Shown piece by piece: positions 49,729-58,631 of a stretch of DNA of 64,000 nt. Source of the DNA: a virus; the IMG/VR virus record IMGVR_UViG_3300026097_000805, positions 1-64,000 of that record; one strand, 5' to 3'. Each line of letters begins with the position of its first letter. Position 1 is the stretch's first letter. The translations under genes and the position numbers were made by a program. Below the pieces are notes generated by a model, which was given only the letters and a program-made list of their open reading frames with translations, did not search any database and was not told the origin of the DNA.

Positions 49729-50707
49729 TCGAGTACCTCGCTTGTAGTGGTTCCGCAAAACTTGCCGCTTGATCTGCAATTCTCTGCATATCCCATTTAG
49801 CACAAAATTTCATAAGACGCATTCCGACTTGTGTAATGTCCTTAGGTTGTACTTCTCTAATGGTATTATTAATTATCTCTCTAATATCTGTAGGCTGTGC
49901 TGTTAAGTCACATAATGTCACATTGCGACTGTAATCATCTAACACACGATGTTCTACACCTTCGTGATCTGTCCAACGCTGTAGCATCATGTTGTTCCAG
50001 TTGAAGCCTTTTGTGCCTTTATCTTCAAATGCTTCGATCAAACCAACTTTGTTCTTAGTGCCTTTCTTGCGTACACCAGGATAAGCACTGAATACGTTAT
50101 CACTAGTATCGCCACGCATACACTTCTCAAACAGCATAAACGCAGGATCAGGAGCAGGCTTTGCTTCTTTAGTCTTCTTGTCAATTACAGGAGCACCTTT
50201 GTCGTCAAAGTAGCCTTCGTGTGTAATTGTAGTATTGCTAACACCATTATATTGCTTTACATTAGGAGCAATCAGCTGTGCAAAGTCCCCGTCTGTACTA
50301 ATAATCACATGATTGTCCTTAGGATGGTTCTGTACCCATCCGGCAATAAGATCATCTGCTTCTAGTTGCGGATGTTGAATTACAGTGCAATTAGTTTTTT
50401 CTGCAACAAAATTTTTAAACTCATCAAAAATTTCAAAGAACACAGCATCTTCTTCAGCTTCTTTAGGACTCATTGCATCGCGTGTTTCTTTACGATTACG
50501 CTTGTATGGCTCGTAATAGTCCTTACGCCAGCTACGTCCTTCTAAGCAGAAAACAACATGATCTGCATCAAAGTCTGTCCACGCTTTCTTAATACTATTA
50601 AGTGTAATATGAATTGCCATACCTACTTTTGTGTCAATGTCGCCGCGTACTACATGCCGTGCTCTAAAGAAAGTATTAAGTGTGTCTACTATAACATATG
50701 TGCTCAT
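49718..50707 (-). CDS. rnh: T4-type RNase H / 5'-3' exonuclease (FEN family)
   Basis: IVDTLN; CLEGRSWRKDYYEPYKRNR; EADDLIA; ISTDGDFAQL; RGDTSDNV. Confidence 0.85.
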   Translation of the reverse strand: MSTYVIVDTLNTFFRARHVVRGDIDTKVGMAIHITLNSIKKAWTDFDADHVVFCLEGRSWRKDYYEPYKRNRKETRDAMSPKEAEEDAVFFEIFDEFKNFVAEKTNCTVIQHPQLEADDLIAGWVQNHPKDNHVIISTDGDFAQLIAPNVKQYNGVSNTTITHEGYFDDKGAPVIDKKTKEAKPAPDPAFMLFEKCMRGDTSDNVFSAYPGVRKKGTKNKVGLIEAFEDKGTKGFNWNNMMLQRWTDHEGVEHRVLDDYSRNVTLCDLTAQPTDIREIINNTIREVQPKDITQVGMRLMKFCAKWDMQRIADQAASFAEPLQARYSNDN

Positions 50708-51096
50708 GATACTGAACTACGTCCTTTGTCTATTGGTACTACATTAATATAACCCATTTCCCGCTGTGTGTCAAGTCCTTCTTCTTCCAACATCTGAACG
50801 ACAATGGTGCGGAACCAAGCATCTACAATTTCTTCGTTGCTTTCTCCGCTATAACCTGCATCTAATAGCTGTTCAATAAACTCATTGTTCCAGTCGAGTT
50901 CAAAGAAGCCGTTTCGGATATTATCAGGATTTACCTGTGTGTCTAATACAGCAACCCATGGTTCACCTGCTTCAGTAGCAGCCGCTTTGTCTGCATCTAG
51001 TGCCTCGCGACGAATTTGTTCTGAAGTCTTCTCAATAGGTTCTTCAACTTGCTCTTGCGTCTTCTTATCTCTTACGAGTTTGTTCCACCAACCCAT
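50704..51096 (-). CDS. hypothetical phage protein
   Basis: 130-aa ORF with AGGAG RBS. Confidence 0.65.
   Translation of the reverse strand: MGWWNKLVRDKKTQEQVEEPIEKTSEQIRREALDADKAAATEAGEPWVAVLDTQVNPDNIRNGFFELDWNNEFIEQLLDAGYSGESNEEIVDAWFRTIVVQMLEEEGLDTQREMGYINVVPIDKGRSSVS
50746..50774 (-). promoter_or_regulatory. sigma70-type promoter TTGACA-N17-TATATT
   Basis: read directly upstream of RNase H. Confidence 0.65.
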
Positions 51097-51168
51097 TATA
51101 TATTTCTCCTAATACGTTCAAATTCTTCTTGTGATTGAATGCCACGTGGCATTTCTTTTAATTTTTTA

Positions 51169-52065
51169 TTAAGTTCCCCAGGCATTTCCGAATAGTGATA
51201 TGTGGAGTCGGGGACTGAATCGCCATCCTCGTTGCATACAGAGGTCTGCGACTTCTTGAACATTGAGGGTATATTCTTCACTGCGTCCGCCCATCGGCAT
51301 AAGATATACTGGACATTCCACCCCGGCATCCCTGTATAACTGAACAGCTCGAGTAACTTCGTCAACGTCATCTTGATCGGCAACCACAAACTTAAAGTAA
51401 ATGTCACCACCACGTACACCAGCGTATTGGCGAGCAACTTCAGGCTTAATAGCATCTTCCCAAGATTCTCCCGAAACGGAGAGCTTTGGAGAGCATGAAA
51501 ATGTGACCGTGAAGCGTCCTTGAGTGCTGAGGTATTCCGCAAAATCGCTATGTAGCGGCTGTGTTGTATTTGTTTCAATAGTGACATTTTTTAAGTCCTT
51601 CATTTTAGGATGTTCAAACAATTCTACATATAGCCGTTGCCAAGCTAACAAAGGCTCGCCGCCAGTTAGGATAAGGTGAACATCTTGCCCATTATCCATA
51701 GTCCACTTGCCTTCGGGCAACAAACTAAGCAAGTGATCTACTACTTCGTCCACTTCTGCTTGTCTATTTAGGTGCTTAAACTCTGCGTAGATGCTTGCAT
51801 ATGTATCACAACCTGTGTGTACAATAGGCAAGTCCTCAAATCGTTTTGCTGTATTATGTACATCTTTAGCAATCAAATCTGCTACTTCTGGGTTATACTT
51901 TTCGCCTCGTGCATGTTTGTCCCAACGGTTGCCATCTTCTTTAGGTAATCCAAAGTTCATACAGCGGAAATTACAACCAAATGTACGTAGGAATACGCTA
52001 GGCACTCCTACAAACTTGCCTTCGCCTTGTACTGAATAAAACGCCTCAGTGTAATGTAGTTTCAT
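51169..52065 (-). CDS. queE: 7-carboxy-7-deazaguanine synthase (radical SAM)
   Basis: FYSVQGEG..VGVPSVFLRTFGCNFRC...GCDT; LTGGEP; TIETN; CSPKL; FSPRLH. Confidence 0.85.
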   Translation of the reverse strand: MKLHYTEAFYSVQGEGKFVGVPSVFLRTFGCNFRCMNFGLPKEDGNRWDKHARGEKYNPEVADLIAKDVHNTAKRFEDLPIVHTGCDTYASIYAEFKHLNRQAEVDEVVDHLLSLLPEGKWTMDNGQDVHLILTGGEPLLAWQRLYVELFEHPKMKDLKNVTIETNTTQPLHSDFAEYLSTQGRFTVTFSCSPKLSVSGESWEDAIKPEVARQYAGVRGGDIYFKFVVADQDDVDEVTRAVQLYRDAGVECPVYLMPMGGRSEEYTLNVQEVADLCMQRGWRFSPRLHISLFGNAWGT

Positions 52066-52255
52066 CTTTAATCTCCCAATAGAACACTTTTTTACCTGTG
52101 CGTTCTTCTACAGCTGGCAAAGCAATATAATTATCGTCTACTTCAGTGCGTCCTACATAGTGCCAACTGTGTCCTTGTGCTTGACGCTCTTCTACCATCT
52201 CAAAAAATTCTGCATTGTCTGCTGCAAACAATGCTACAAATACCGCCCAAATCAT
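52046..52255 (-). CDS. hypothetical small protein
   Basis: 69-aa ORF with hydrophobic N-terminus. Confidence 0.5.
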   Translation of the reverse strand: MIWAVFVALFAADNAEFFEMVEERQAQGHSWHYVGRTEVDDNYIALPAVEERTGKKVFYWEIKDETTLH

Positions 52256-52362
52256 AGCGGCAACCTTCCTGTATAAAGTTCGATACCTAAACTGATCATG
52301 CCCATTATAAACACTGCTACAATAAACACTTGTGCCATACGCACTGCAATATAATCACTCAT
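52252..52362 (-). CDS. small membrane protein (36 aa)
   Basis: MSDYIAVRMAQVFIVAVFIMGMISLGIELYTGRLPL; overlaps the folE stop and the next start; not in the ORF track. Confidence 0.5.
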   Translation of the reverse strand: MSDYIAVRMAQVFIVAVFIMGMISLGIELYTGRLPL

Positions 52363-53045
52363 TAGCAACTAAACTCCTGCTGTAGTTTAATGTTGTCAAA
52401 GAACTCTTTCTTTGTACCAGGATCGTCTTTGAATGAACCCTTTAGCACAGTTGTCTGTGTAAGACTGCTATGTGCCATAATACCACGATTCTCGCAACAG
52501 CCGTGTGTTGCTTGAATGTATACACCCAAGTGTTCTGCACCAGTTGAGTATGCAATCTCACGTGCAATATCATTTGCAAGTTCTTCTTGCAGTGTGCCGC
52601 GTCGAGCGCACCACTGTGCAATGCGTGTGTACTTAGATAGTCCGATAAGTTTGTCTGCGGCAATAATACCAATATATGCAACACCGCTTACTGGCTGGTG
52701 ATGGTGCGAACACATACTCTTTAGCTCTGAGCGTACCACAAGCATGCCTTCGTAGCGGTCTTCTGAATCATTAGGAAATGCAGTTGCATCTGGACGATAA
52801 TCATAACGTCCTGCCATAATCTCATTGAAGTACATCTTAGCCAGTCGACGTGCTGTACCCTTGCTGTTAGGATCAGTATGTCGATCAATCACTAGCGTGT
52901 CTAGTACAGTTTCAAATGCTTCTGTAGCTTCTTCAATCAATTGTTCTTTGTCGCCACTCTGTAGCAAGCGAGCAATGTTGTCGCCCGCCCAATAACGCTT
53001 GTCTGCGTTCTTACAGCGTTCGATAATTTCTTCGTATTTTTTCAT
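52362..53045 (-). CDS. folE: GTP cyclohydrolase I
   Basis: SMCSHHHQP; GLSKYTRI; LQEEL; HGCCENRG. Confidence 0.93.
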   Translation of the reverse strand: MKKYEEIIERCKNADKRYWAGDNIARLLQSGDKEQLIEEATEAFETVLDTLVIDRHTDPNSKGTARRLAKMYFNEIMAGRYDYRPDATAFPNDSEDRYEGMLVVRSELKSMCSHHHQPVSGVAYIGIIAADKLIGLSKYTRIAQWCARRGTLQEELANDIAREIAYSTGAEHLGVYIQATHGCCENRGIMAHSSLTQTTVLKGSFKDDPGTKKEFFDNIKLQQEFSC

Positions 53046-53102
53046 TTAGTTCTCCGAGTTAAAGACGAGGATGTCATAAAAAATGGTATACTCATATTAT
53101 TA

Positions 53103-53131
53103 AGTATACCATATATTTAGGCTTTTGTCAA
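53103..53131 (-). promoter_or_regulatory. sigma70-type promoter TTGACA-N17-TATACT, extended -10
   Basis: read directly upstream of folE. Confidence 0.7.
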
Positions 53132-53331
53132 GCATTAAAATATTTTTTTGCCATTTCTAGCATATCATCATATTCTGCAATCTGTTTCATTTCTGTTTCG
53201 ATTGCTTCAATGATGTCTGGGTGCTCGCCGATACCTGCTGGATTATGTAGATATACTTCTACATTTGCTCGATGCTTTTCGATGTGTCCCTTTGCGTGTG
53301 ACACAAACGCTTGTAATAGTTGTTCTCTCAT
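53128..53331 (-). CDS. conserved hypothetical protein of T4-like aquatic phages
   Basis: ANVEVYLHNPAGIGEHPDIIEAIE motif; start 53331 with AGGA RBS. Confidence 0.6.
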   Translation of the reverse strand: MREQLLQAFVSHAKGHIEKHRANVEVYLHNPAGIGEHPDIIEAIETEMKQIAEYDDMLEMAKKYFNA

Positions 53332-53344
53332 ATTTTTTTCCTTT

Positions 53345-53743
53345 CTAACAACCGTCGCCGTAAACAATGTCTACAACTTCATCTATATTTAGATTATCTT
53401 TTTTGTAATTTCCTTTTTCTGGAATTACATGTCTTACTCCACCGCGCGGATCATCCATATCGCCTTTGCGTCTTGGAATAAGGTGTACATGAGGATAGTC
53501 AACAGTTTGCCCTGCTTCTGTGCCTACATTCTGCCCGACATTATAAGCATCACAGTAGCCTGATTGCACCCAGTCATAACCCCATGCATATGCTGCCTTA
53601 TAACACTTTGCAAGATGTTCCCAGTCTTCTACTTTAGGAACAAAAAGGACATGGCCTTCTGTCACAGGGTATCCATCTTCAAACACAGTAAATTCTCTAC
53701 AATCTAAAACTACATCAGTCCAAGGTATTTCGTTAAACTCCAT
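53345..53743 (-). CDS. HIT family hydrolase
   Basis: YPVTEGHVLFVPK; AGQTVDYPHVHLIPRRKGD. Confidence 0.88.
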   Translation of the reverse strand: MEFNEIPWTDVVLDCREFTVFEDGYPVTEGHVLFVPKVEDWEHLAKCYKAAYAWGYDWVQSGYCDAYNVGQNVGTEAGQTVDYPHVHLIPRRKGDMDDPRGGVRHVIPEKGNYKKDNLNIDEVVDIVYGDGC

Positions 53744-54146
53744 AAAATTCTTCCTCGATATATCGTTTAAGTTCGTGGTCCCCTACATTATTAGGAACAC
53801 GTTTTTTATAAAATAATTCATAACTATCCGAGCCGTACTTACCAATACCATATAATTTAGTAGCATCTTCTCCGTCCCATTTGAGGTAATCTTCGGTCAT
53901 TCTCCGTAAACGGTTTGCTCTAACATTTACCATACCTAAAGATTCTATAATATCCTTGATGATATCTTCTGGTGCTTGCAAAAACAATTCAGGTGTTGGA
54001 CAAACTAAAAATAGTTGTGGTAAAACCCTTTTTACCTGTTTACGATTGGTTAAGTTTAAACAAATAACACCTACCATGTGTTGCCATACTGTAGATACCT
54101 GCTGTTGCACCATTAGATCGTCTCTCATTTTTTTATGTTCTTTCAT
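53733..54146 (-). CDS. MBD4-like HhH DNA glycosylase
   Basis: VICLNLT; LGMVNVRA; HhH LYGIGKYGSDSYELF; DHELKRY. Confidence 0.75.
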   Translation of the reverse strand: MKEHKKMRDDLMVQQQVSTVWQHMVGVICLNLTNRKQVKRVLPQLFLVCPTPELFLQAPEDIIKDIIESLGMVNVRANRLRRMTEDYLKWDGEDATKLYGIGKYGSDSYELFYKKRVPNNVGDHELKRYIEEEFYGV

Positions 54147-54742
54147 GAATAATCATCCTGCACTGTGAAGTTAAAAGCAATTGTTATTCTTTCATTGTCA
54201 GAAGTTTGTTGTTCTACTTCGTGATCTAGATAACTTGGGAAAATAATAAGACTACCTGTTTTTGGCTGTAGTCTGAATAAAGTAGAATTTAATTCGTTTG
54301 CTTCTATCCTATTACAATACGGCCAAGCGTTATCTAGATTTTTGTTTATAAATGTAATTTCTGAATCTTGTTCGTCGCATTGAACATAGTACACACCACT
54401 CCATGTACACGGTAAATGATTGTGCTTACCGTGAAATGCATATTTTCTATTAATACTAAACCAACTATCCTGTAATACTACATTCCCTGCTAATCCATTA
54501 TGTGCATGGAAATTAGCCACATTGATTCCAATAAAATCTAATAACTCACTACATTCTTTCCAAAAAAGTATATTTTCATTATTTCCATATGAGGTGTATC
54601 CTCCGTAACAGTAGTTTTCACACGGGTTATTTTTTTCATATTCTTTGAATAAAGGAACTAGCGTATCTTTTGTATTGGAAAAATTTTCAAAATCTCCTAA
54701 CACAACTGGAACAGGAAAGATATTAAAAATAGTAAAATTCAA
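54143..54742 (-). CDS. 2OG-Fe(II) oxygenase (TIGR02466-like)
   Basis: HNH...WSGVYYV; GSLIIFPSYLDHEV; RITIAFN. Confidence 0.8.
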   Translation of the reverse strand: MNFTIFNIFPVPVVLGDFENFSNTKDTLVPLFKEYEKNNPCENYCYGGYTSYGNNENILFWKECSELLDFIGINVANFHAHNGLAGNVVLQDSWFSINRKYAFHGKHNHLPCTWSGVYYVQCDEQDSEITFINKNLDNAWPYCNRIEANELNSTLFRLQPKTGSLIIFPSYLDHEVEQQTSDNERITIAFNFTVQDDYS

Positions 54743-55302
54743 CTACCTACGTTCTCCCAAGGATATACAAGCCAAACAGGATCTTCAGCTTTGTTAACTT
54801 CGTGTGTATAATATCGTACACCACCAAATTCGCTTGACAAGTTTTCTGTAATAACAGCAAAACGAACATTTGCTCGATCGCCTTCCCATACAGCATTCCA
54901 TGCATTTTCTTCGTTGGGCAAACAACTGCTCTGCCAGTCTTGCTTGATCCAGTTAAACGTAGCACCAGTATCATTGATATCATCTACTATCAAAATGTTC
55001 TTACGTTGCTTAATGTCCCAACGAGCACCAGTGACACCAGTTTCTTCAGGATAGTTATAACCAAACGCATCCTCGCTCATCCAGCAGTTAGTTTCTGGAC
55101 CCATACTATCATCACGCAAACTAACCTTAAGTGCTTCACAACGTATGCCTAACATGTTGCTGAGGATAGTAGCAGGAACATTGCCGCCGCGTGTAATGCC
55201 TACAATATAGTCAGGACACCACGCATCCTTGTACATCTGTAGAGCAATGTTAGTACAAGCGTTCTCAACGTCTTGCCACGAATAATAATGTTTTTTAATC
55301 AT
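54739..55302 (-). CDS. type I phosphoribosyltransferase
   Basis: IVGITRGGNVPA; PRPP loop LIVDDINDTGAT; WLVYPWE; start 55302 overlaps the previous stop. Confidence 0.85.
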   Translation of the reverse strand: MIKKHYYSWQDVENACTNIALQMYKDAWCPDYIVGITRGGNVPATILSNMLGIRCEALKVSLRDDSMGPETNCWMSEDAFGYNYPEETGVTGARWDIKQRKNILIVDDINDTGATFNWIKQDWQSSCLPNEENAWNAVWEGDRANVRFAVITENLSSEFGGVRYYTHEVNKAEDPVWLVYPWENVGS

Positions 55303-55541
55303 TTTATTGCTTCCCAAGTTTTGTATTTTTCAAGTTGTGCCTCGTAAGCATCCTTTAGTTTTTTCAGTTTAGGATACTTTGATTCCATGTCTACGTCACG
55401 CTTTAATAATAACAGAGCATCACGCATTTCGTCAAGTTCTTTCATAACGTCTCTGCCATCTACTATTAGTGTAGGGTTAACAGTATCTTCTCTAATAGTG
55501 ATATCGTTAGGAGCATATGTGTAGTCCTGCATACTAATCAT
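55299..55541 (-). CDS. hypothetical protein
   Basis: likely start MISMQ at 55541; KYPKLKKLKDAYE coiled segment. Confidence 0.55.
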   Translation of the reverse strand: MISMQDYTYAPNDITIREDTVNPTLIVDGRDVMKELDEMRDALLLLKRDVDMESKYPKLKKLKDAYEAQLEKYKTWEAIK

Positions 55542-55980
55542 CTTTGGCGCCCCTAGCAAGGTATTGTTCATTGTGTATCCATTCTCCGTCTTTGAGGAAA
55601 CCCCAAGAACCTGCCTTACGCCCCATAAAGAAAAGACTCCAACAAGGTTTTTCATTACCTTCCGCATCTCGTTCTAACTCCAACCAATGTAAGTCACTTG
55701 CCTTGCGATAGCGAAAGTGTCCTGGACCTCTCCAGTAGCGTCCTTGAGGAGTGTTCTCCCAATAGCCGCCTGCGATAATAAATGTAGCATACGACCAAGG
55801 ATGATCGTGTAGCGTAGGTTCATCACTTACCAACACTTTGTGCAGTGTGATGTTAAAAGGAAAACGCTTTCTGTCTTTCAAGAACACGTAGTAGCGGATT
55901 AGATAAGGTACGTCACTATCACGTTCTGTAATAACTCGACGTCTGCCAAGTTTGTCCATAATGTTAGAAAGAAAAGTCAT
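55534..55980 (-). CDS. cupin-like protein
   Basis: LHDHPW...GGYWE; HFRYR...HWLEL. Confidence 0.6.
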   Translation of the reverse strand: MTFLSNIMDKLGRRRVITERDSDVPYLIRYYVFLKDRKRFPFNITLHKVLVSDEPTLHDHPWSYATFIIAGGYWENTPQGRYWRGPGHFRYRKASDLHWLELERDAEGNEKPCWSLFFMGRKAGSWGFLKDGEWIHNEQYLARGAKDD

Positions 55981-56347
55981 CGTCTACTTCACCTGCTTTC
56001 TTTTTACCTTCCCAGTCTTGTTTAACCATGTCGTATACGCTTTTAAAGTTGCGCCAAGTTTTTTCTAAACTAGGATACTCTTTACACATACGTTCAACTT
56101 CATTAGGATCTATATTCATATTATTGTAGATCCAATTAATATCGATAGTATTCGCTGTATCTATACCAACAGTAAATGTAGGATCAGATACAGTTATAGT
56201 ATCGTTTGACCACATTGTTGTAGTTGCTCCATAGGTATCATCTAGATTGATAGTAATAGTATCATCGTTCGATAAACCTAGATCACTCAAATCTAATTCA
56301 TCAATATTAATTGTACTTTCAAAGTCAGTCTTCTTTGATTGCGTCAT
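55964..56347 (-). CDS. hypothetical protein
   Basis: 127-aa ORF; Thr/Asp-rich N-terminus; CKEYPSLEKTW. Confidence 0.55.
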   Translation of the reverse strand: MTQSKKTDFESTINIDELDLSDLGLSNDDTITINLDDTYGATTTMWSNDTITVSDPTFTVGIDTANTIDINWIYNNMNIDPNEVERMCKEYPSLEKTWRNFKSVYDMVKQDWEGKKKAGEVDDDFSF

Positions 56348-57416
56348 ACAGTGCCGCTCCGCTAAAAAATTCTTTGTTTAATCGAGTACGTTGCTTGTCT
56401 AAACTTACTAGATAGTCGTTGTAGTTTTCCATATAGTCGCGAATCTTAGCAACAAGCTCTCCGCGATATTTTACATAACTAGACCAGTCTTCTGTCCATT
56501 TGCTAGGATACTTAAACTCAGGCAGTGCCATTTCTGTATAGCTGAGTCTATCCGGAACCATAGGAATAGCATTTACAAGAGATCCTTCGTACCAACTAAT
56601 ACCAAGTGTTTCCTGCAAGTTAGCACTGAACACCAACTTTGCTTCACCAAGCAAGTTGTGATACTCGTTCTTAGTAAGTTCACGTTCTTGACACACAACA
56701 AACTCATACTCGGGTAGATGTTGTGCAAGGTCACGGAAGATGTCTACTTGTTTCTCAGGAGCAATACGATGTGGGAATAAAATAACATCACGCTTGTCCA
56801 TACCACTGTAGGATACAAGGCTATCACGCAAATACTCCATAGGCCAACCTACACGAGAAATACGATCTTCTTCACCGTTGAGTGCTTCTTCTACCATGTC
56901 TTCAACATACGGATCGTCTGCAAACAGTGTGCGTACAAACATCTCAATATGAAAGTTTGTTGCAAAGAAATTGTCATCATATGTGTAGTACATGCTCTTT
57001 TCAGCATGTCTTACCCAAGGTGCATCTCCTATGAGACGACCCAGGAAATCGTGAGGATCATAACTACCAGCATGCCAAAGGCCACCGATTCCAATGTCGA
57101 CCCCAAGGAGTTCAGCCATGTAGCGCAACTGGATAACAGTTGGGTTCCACGCATCTGTATATAGGAAATAATCTCCATCTTTAATTTCTCCGTTGCAAAA
57201 CCTCTCACCAATCTGTTCCAGCTGTTTCGATTTATAAACGTTAGTACCGCCAAAGTTAAGGAAAGCCCCAGGCGTAGTTGCCTGAGGCGTTTCCCCGCCA
57301 CTGATAACAACCACATCGTTGTTTGTAGCATTACGCACTTGTCTAGGCAAATAGTCCTTCCATTGCTTAGTATAGCGTGTGTCCACTGCTTCGATATCAA
57401 CGATGTAAATAGTCAT
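56325..57416 (-). CDS. GT-B (GT4-like) glycosyltransferase
   Basis: LWHAGSYD; ILFPHRIAPEKQ; ExGISWYEG-type motif (QETLGISWYEG); VPDRLSY. Confidence 0.8.
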   Translation of the reverse strand: MTIYIVDIEAVDTRYTKQWKDYLPRQVRNATNNDVVVISGGETPQATTPGAFLNFGGTNVYKSKQLEQIGERFCNGEIKDGDYFLYTDAWNPTVIQLRYMAELLGVDIGIGGLWHAGSYDPHDFLGRLIGDAPWVRHAEKSMYYTYDDNFFATNFHIEMFVRTLFADDPYVEDMVEEALNGEEDRISRVGWPMEYLRDSLVSYSGMDKRDVILFPHRIAPEKQVDIFRDLAQHLPEYEFVVCQERELTKNEYHNLLGEAKLVFSANLQETLGISWYEGSLVNAIPMVPDRLSYTEMALPEFKYPSKWTEDWSSYVKYRGELVAKIRDYMENYNDYLVSLDKQRTRLNKEFFSGAALYDAIKED

Positions 57417-57622
57417 TAGTTTCTCCGCTGATTCACATTACGACTTGCATTGCGAGCCTTCGCACGTAGCCATCCTTGATATTTTTGATAAGCAATCCAG
57501 TTAGGATCTTGCTTGTTATAAAGTGCTCGTTCGTCAAACACTTTGCCTTCGAAACGACAAAAATCACGATATGCATCCAAGTCATTGAATACTTTGTTTA
57601 CAGTGGGATTTGCGATTGTCAT
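57416..57622 (-). CDS. hypothetical phage protein
   Basis: 68-aa ORF with GAGG RBS, coupled to the glycosyltransferase start. Confidence 0.6.
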   Translation of the reverse strand: MTIANPTVNKVFNDLDAYRDFCRFEGKVFDERALYNKQDPNWIAYQKYQGWLRAKARNASRNVNQRRN

Positions 57623-57640
57623 AATTTATAATTCCTCTTG

Positions 57641-58096
57641 TTATGACTTAGGGTAAAAAATAGAACAGCCATTTTCGTTGTCTTCAGCGACACTAATCTC
57701 TACAAATCGGCCGGGATATTTTGCAGAAATTTCTTTATACAAGTCATCTGCGATCATCTCACAGCTCTTGTGGTTTAACTCTAGTACGCCTTCGACGTCA
57801 TAGAGTCGTTGCATCCAGCGTTTAAACTGAATGAACTCAATATCGCGATCGTTATGAAATACTTCAATACGCACACGAAAGTGAAAGATATGACGATGTG
57901 GAACACCAAGGAACGATACGTCATCCCAATCGCCTGTTGCTAGTTTAGGATCAGTATCTGCACCTGGGTACATATGTACCCCTTCTTTCGAAAAAGTGAC
58001 CCAGATACTTCTTTCTGCTTTTGTCATAAGATTACTCATTTTGTAGTCTTCTTCTCTCATTCTACGTTGCATATAATCGTGATAGCGTTCTTGCAT
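57641..58096 (-). CDS. dpdL: QueD-paralog T-fold protein with LxxxHRHxF motif (DpdL-type)
   Basis: LGVPHRHIF replaces the QueD CxxxHGH motif; SCEMIA Glu; T-fold size; symbol rests on my recollection of the published DpdL signature. Confidence 0.65.
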   Translation of the reverse strand: MQERYHDYMQRRMREEDYKMSNLMTKAERSIWVTFSKEGVHMYPGADTDPKLATGDWDDVSFLGVPHRHIFHFRVRIEVFHNDRDIEFIQFKRWMQRLYDVEGVLELNHKSCEMIADDLYKEISAKYPGRFVEISVAEDNENGCSIFYPKS

Positions 58097-58103
58097 TCTT
58101 TAT

Positions 58104-58132
58104 AGTATACTTTCATGTAATAACATTGTCAA
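58104..58132 (-). promoter_or_regulatory. sigma70-type promoter TTGACA-N17-TATACT
   Basis: read directly; -10 ends 7 nt before ATG 58096. Confidence 0.65.
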
Positions 58133-58631
58133 GGCCATATTTGCTCCAATCTGTGAATTTATCACGATCCATTAGATCATGCAGACTGTGACACCATACG
58201 CCAGGATTAGTTGCCTTGAAATCTACATCATCAATCTTAACCATTGTGTTGTAGTTCCAAAGCTTCGTGTAAGGCAACGGAACACGAATTTGCGGAATAA
58301 AGTTATCGTATTCAGCAAGTCCGCCGTCATGGAACTCGCGACAAGTATCTAACGGAAGATCAAGAGTACAAAGATAGTCTTTCTTAAGGAAGTGTTCGAT
58401 CATGTCTTCCCACGCTTCCCAGTCATCGTTAACAACTGGATTGTATGAGTGATTAGCACCGAAGAAGATGTGTTCGCACTGTTCTTCGTCGTAATGTTTT
58501 TGTACAACATCACAAGGTTGTACGCCTGTCACAAACAGCGTCTTCATTCCAAATGCAGGAGTCTTTTCAACTTCTACACCCGTAAAGAATGTAATATTGT
58601 CCGCTGTACCTGTTTCGTAATCTCGTTTCAT
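58113..58631 (-). CDS. conserved hypothetical protein in the deazaguanine cluster
   Basis: 172-aa ORF; HIFFGANHS; GVWCHS. Confidence 0.6.
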   Translation of the reverse strand: MKRDYETGTADNITFFTGVEVEKTPAFGMKTLFVTGVQPCDVVQKHYDEEQCEHIFFGANHSYNPVVNDDWEAWEDMIEHFLKKDYLCTLDLPLDTCREFHDGGLAEYDNFIPQIRVPLPYTKLWNYNTMVKIDDVDFKATNPGVWCHSLHDLMDRDKFTDWSKYGLDNVIT

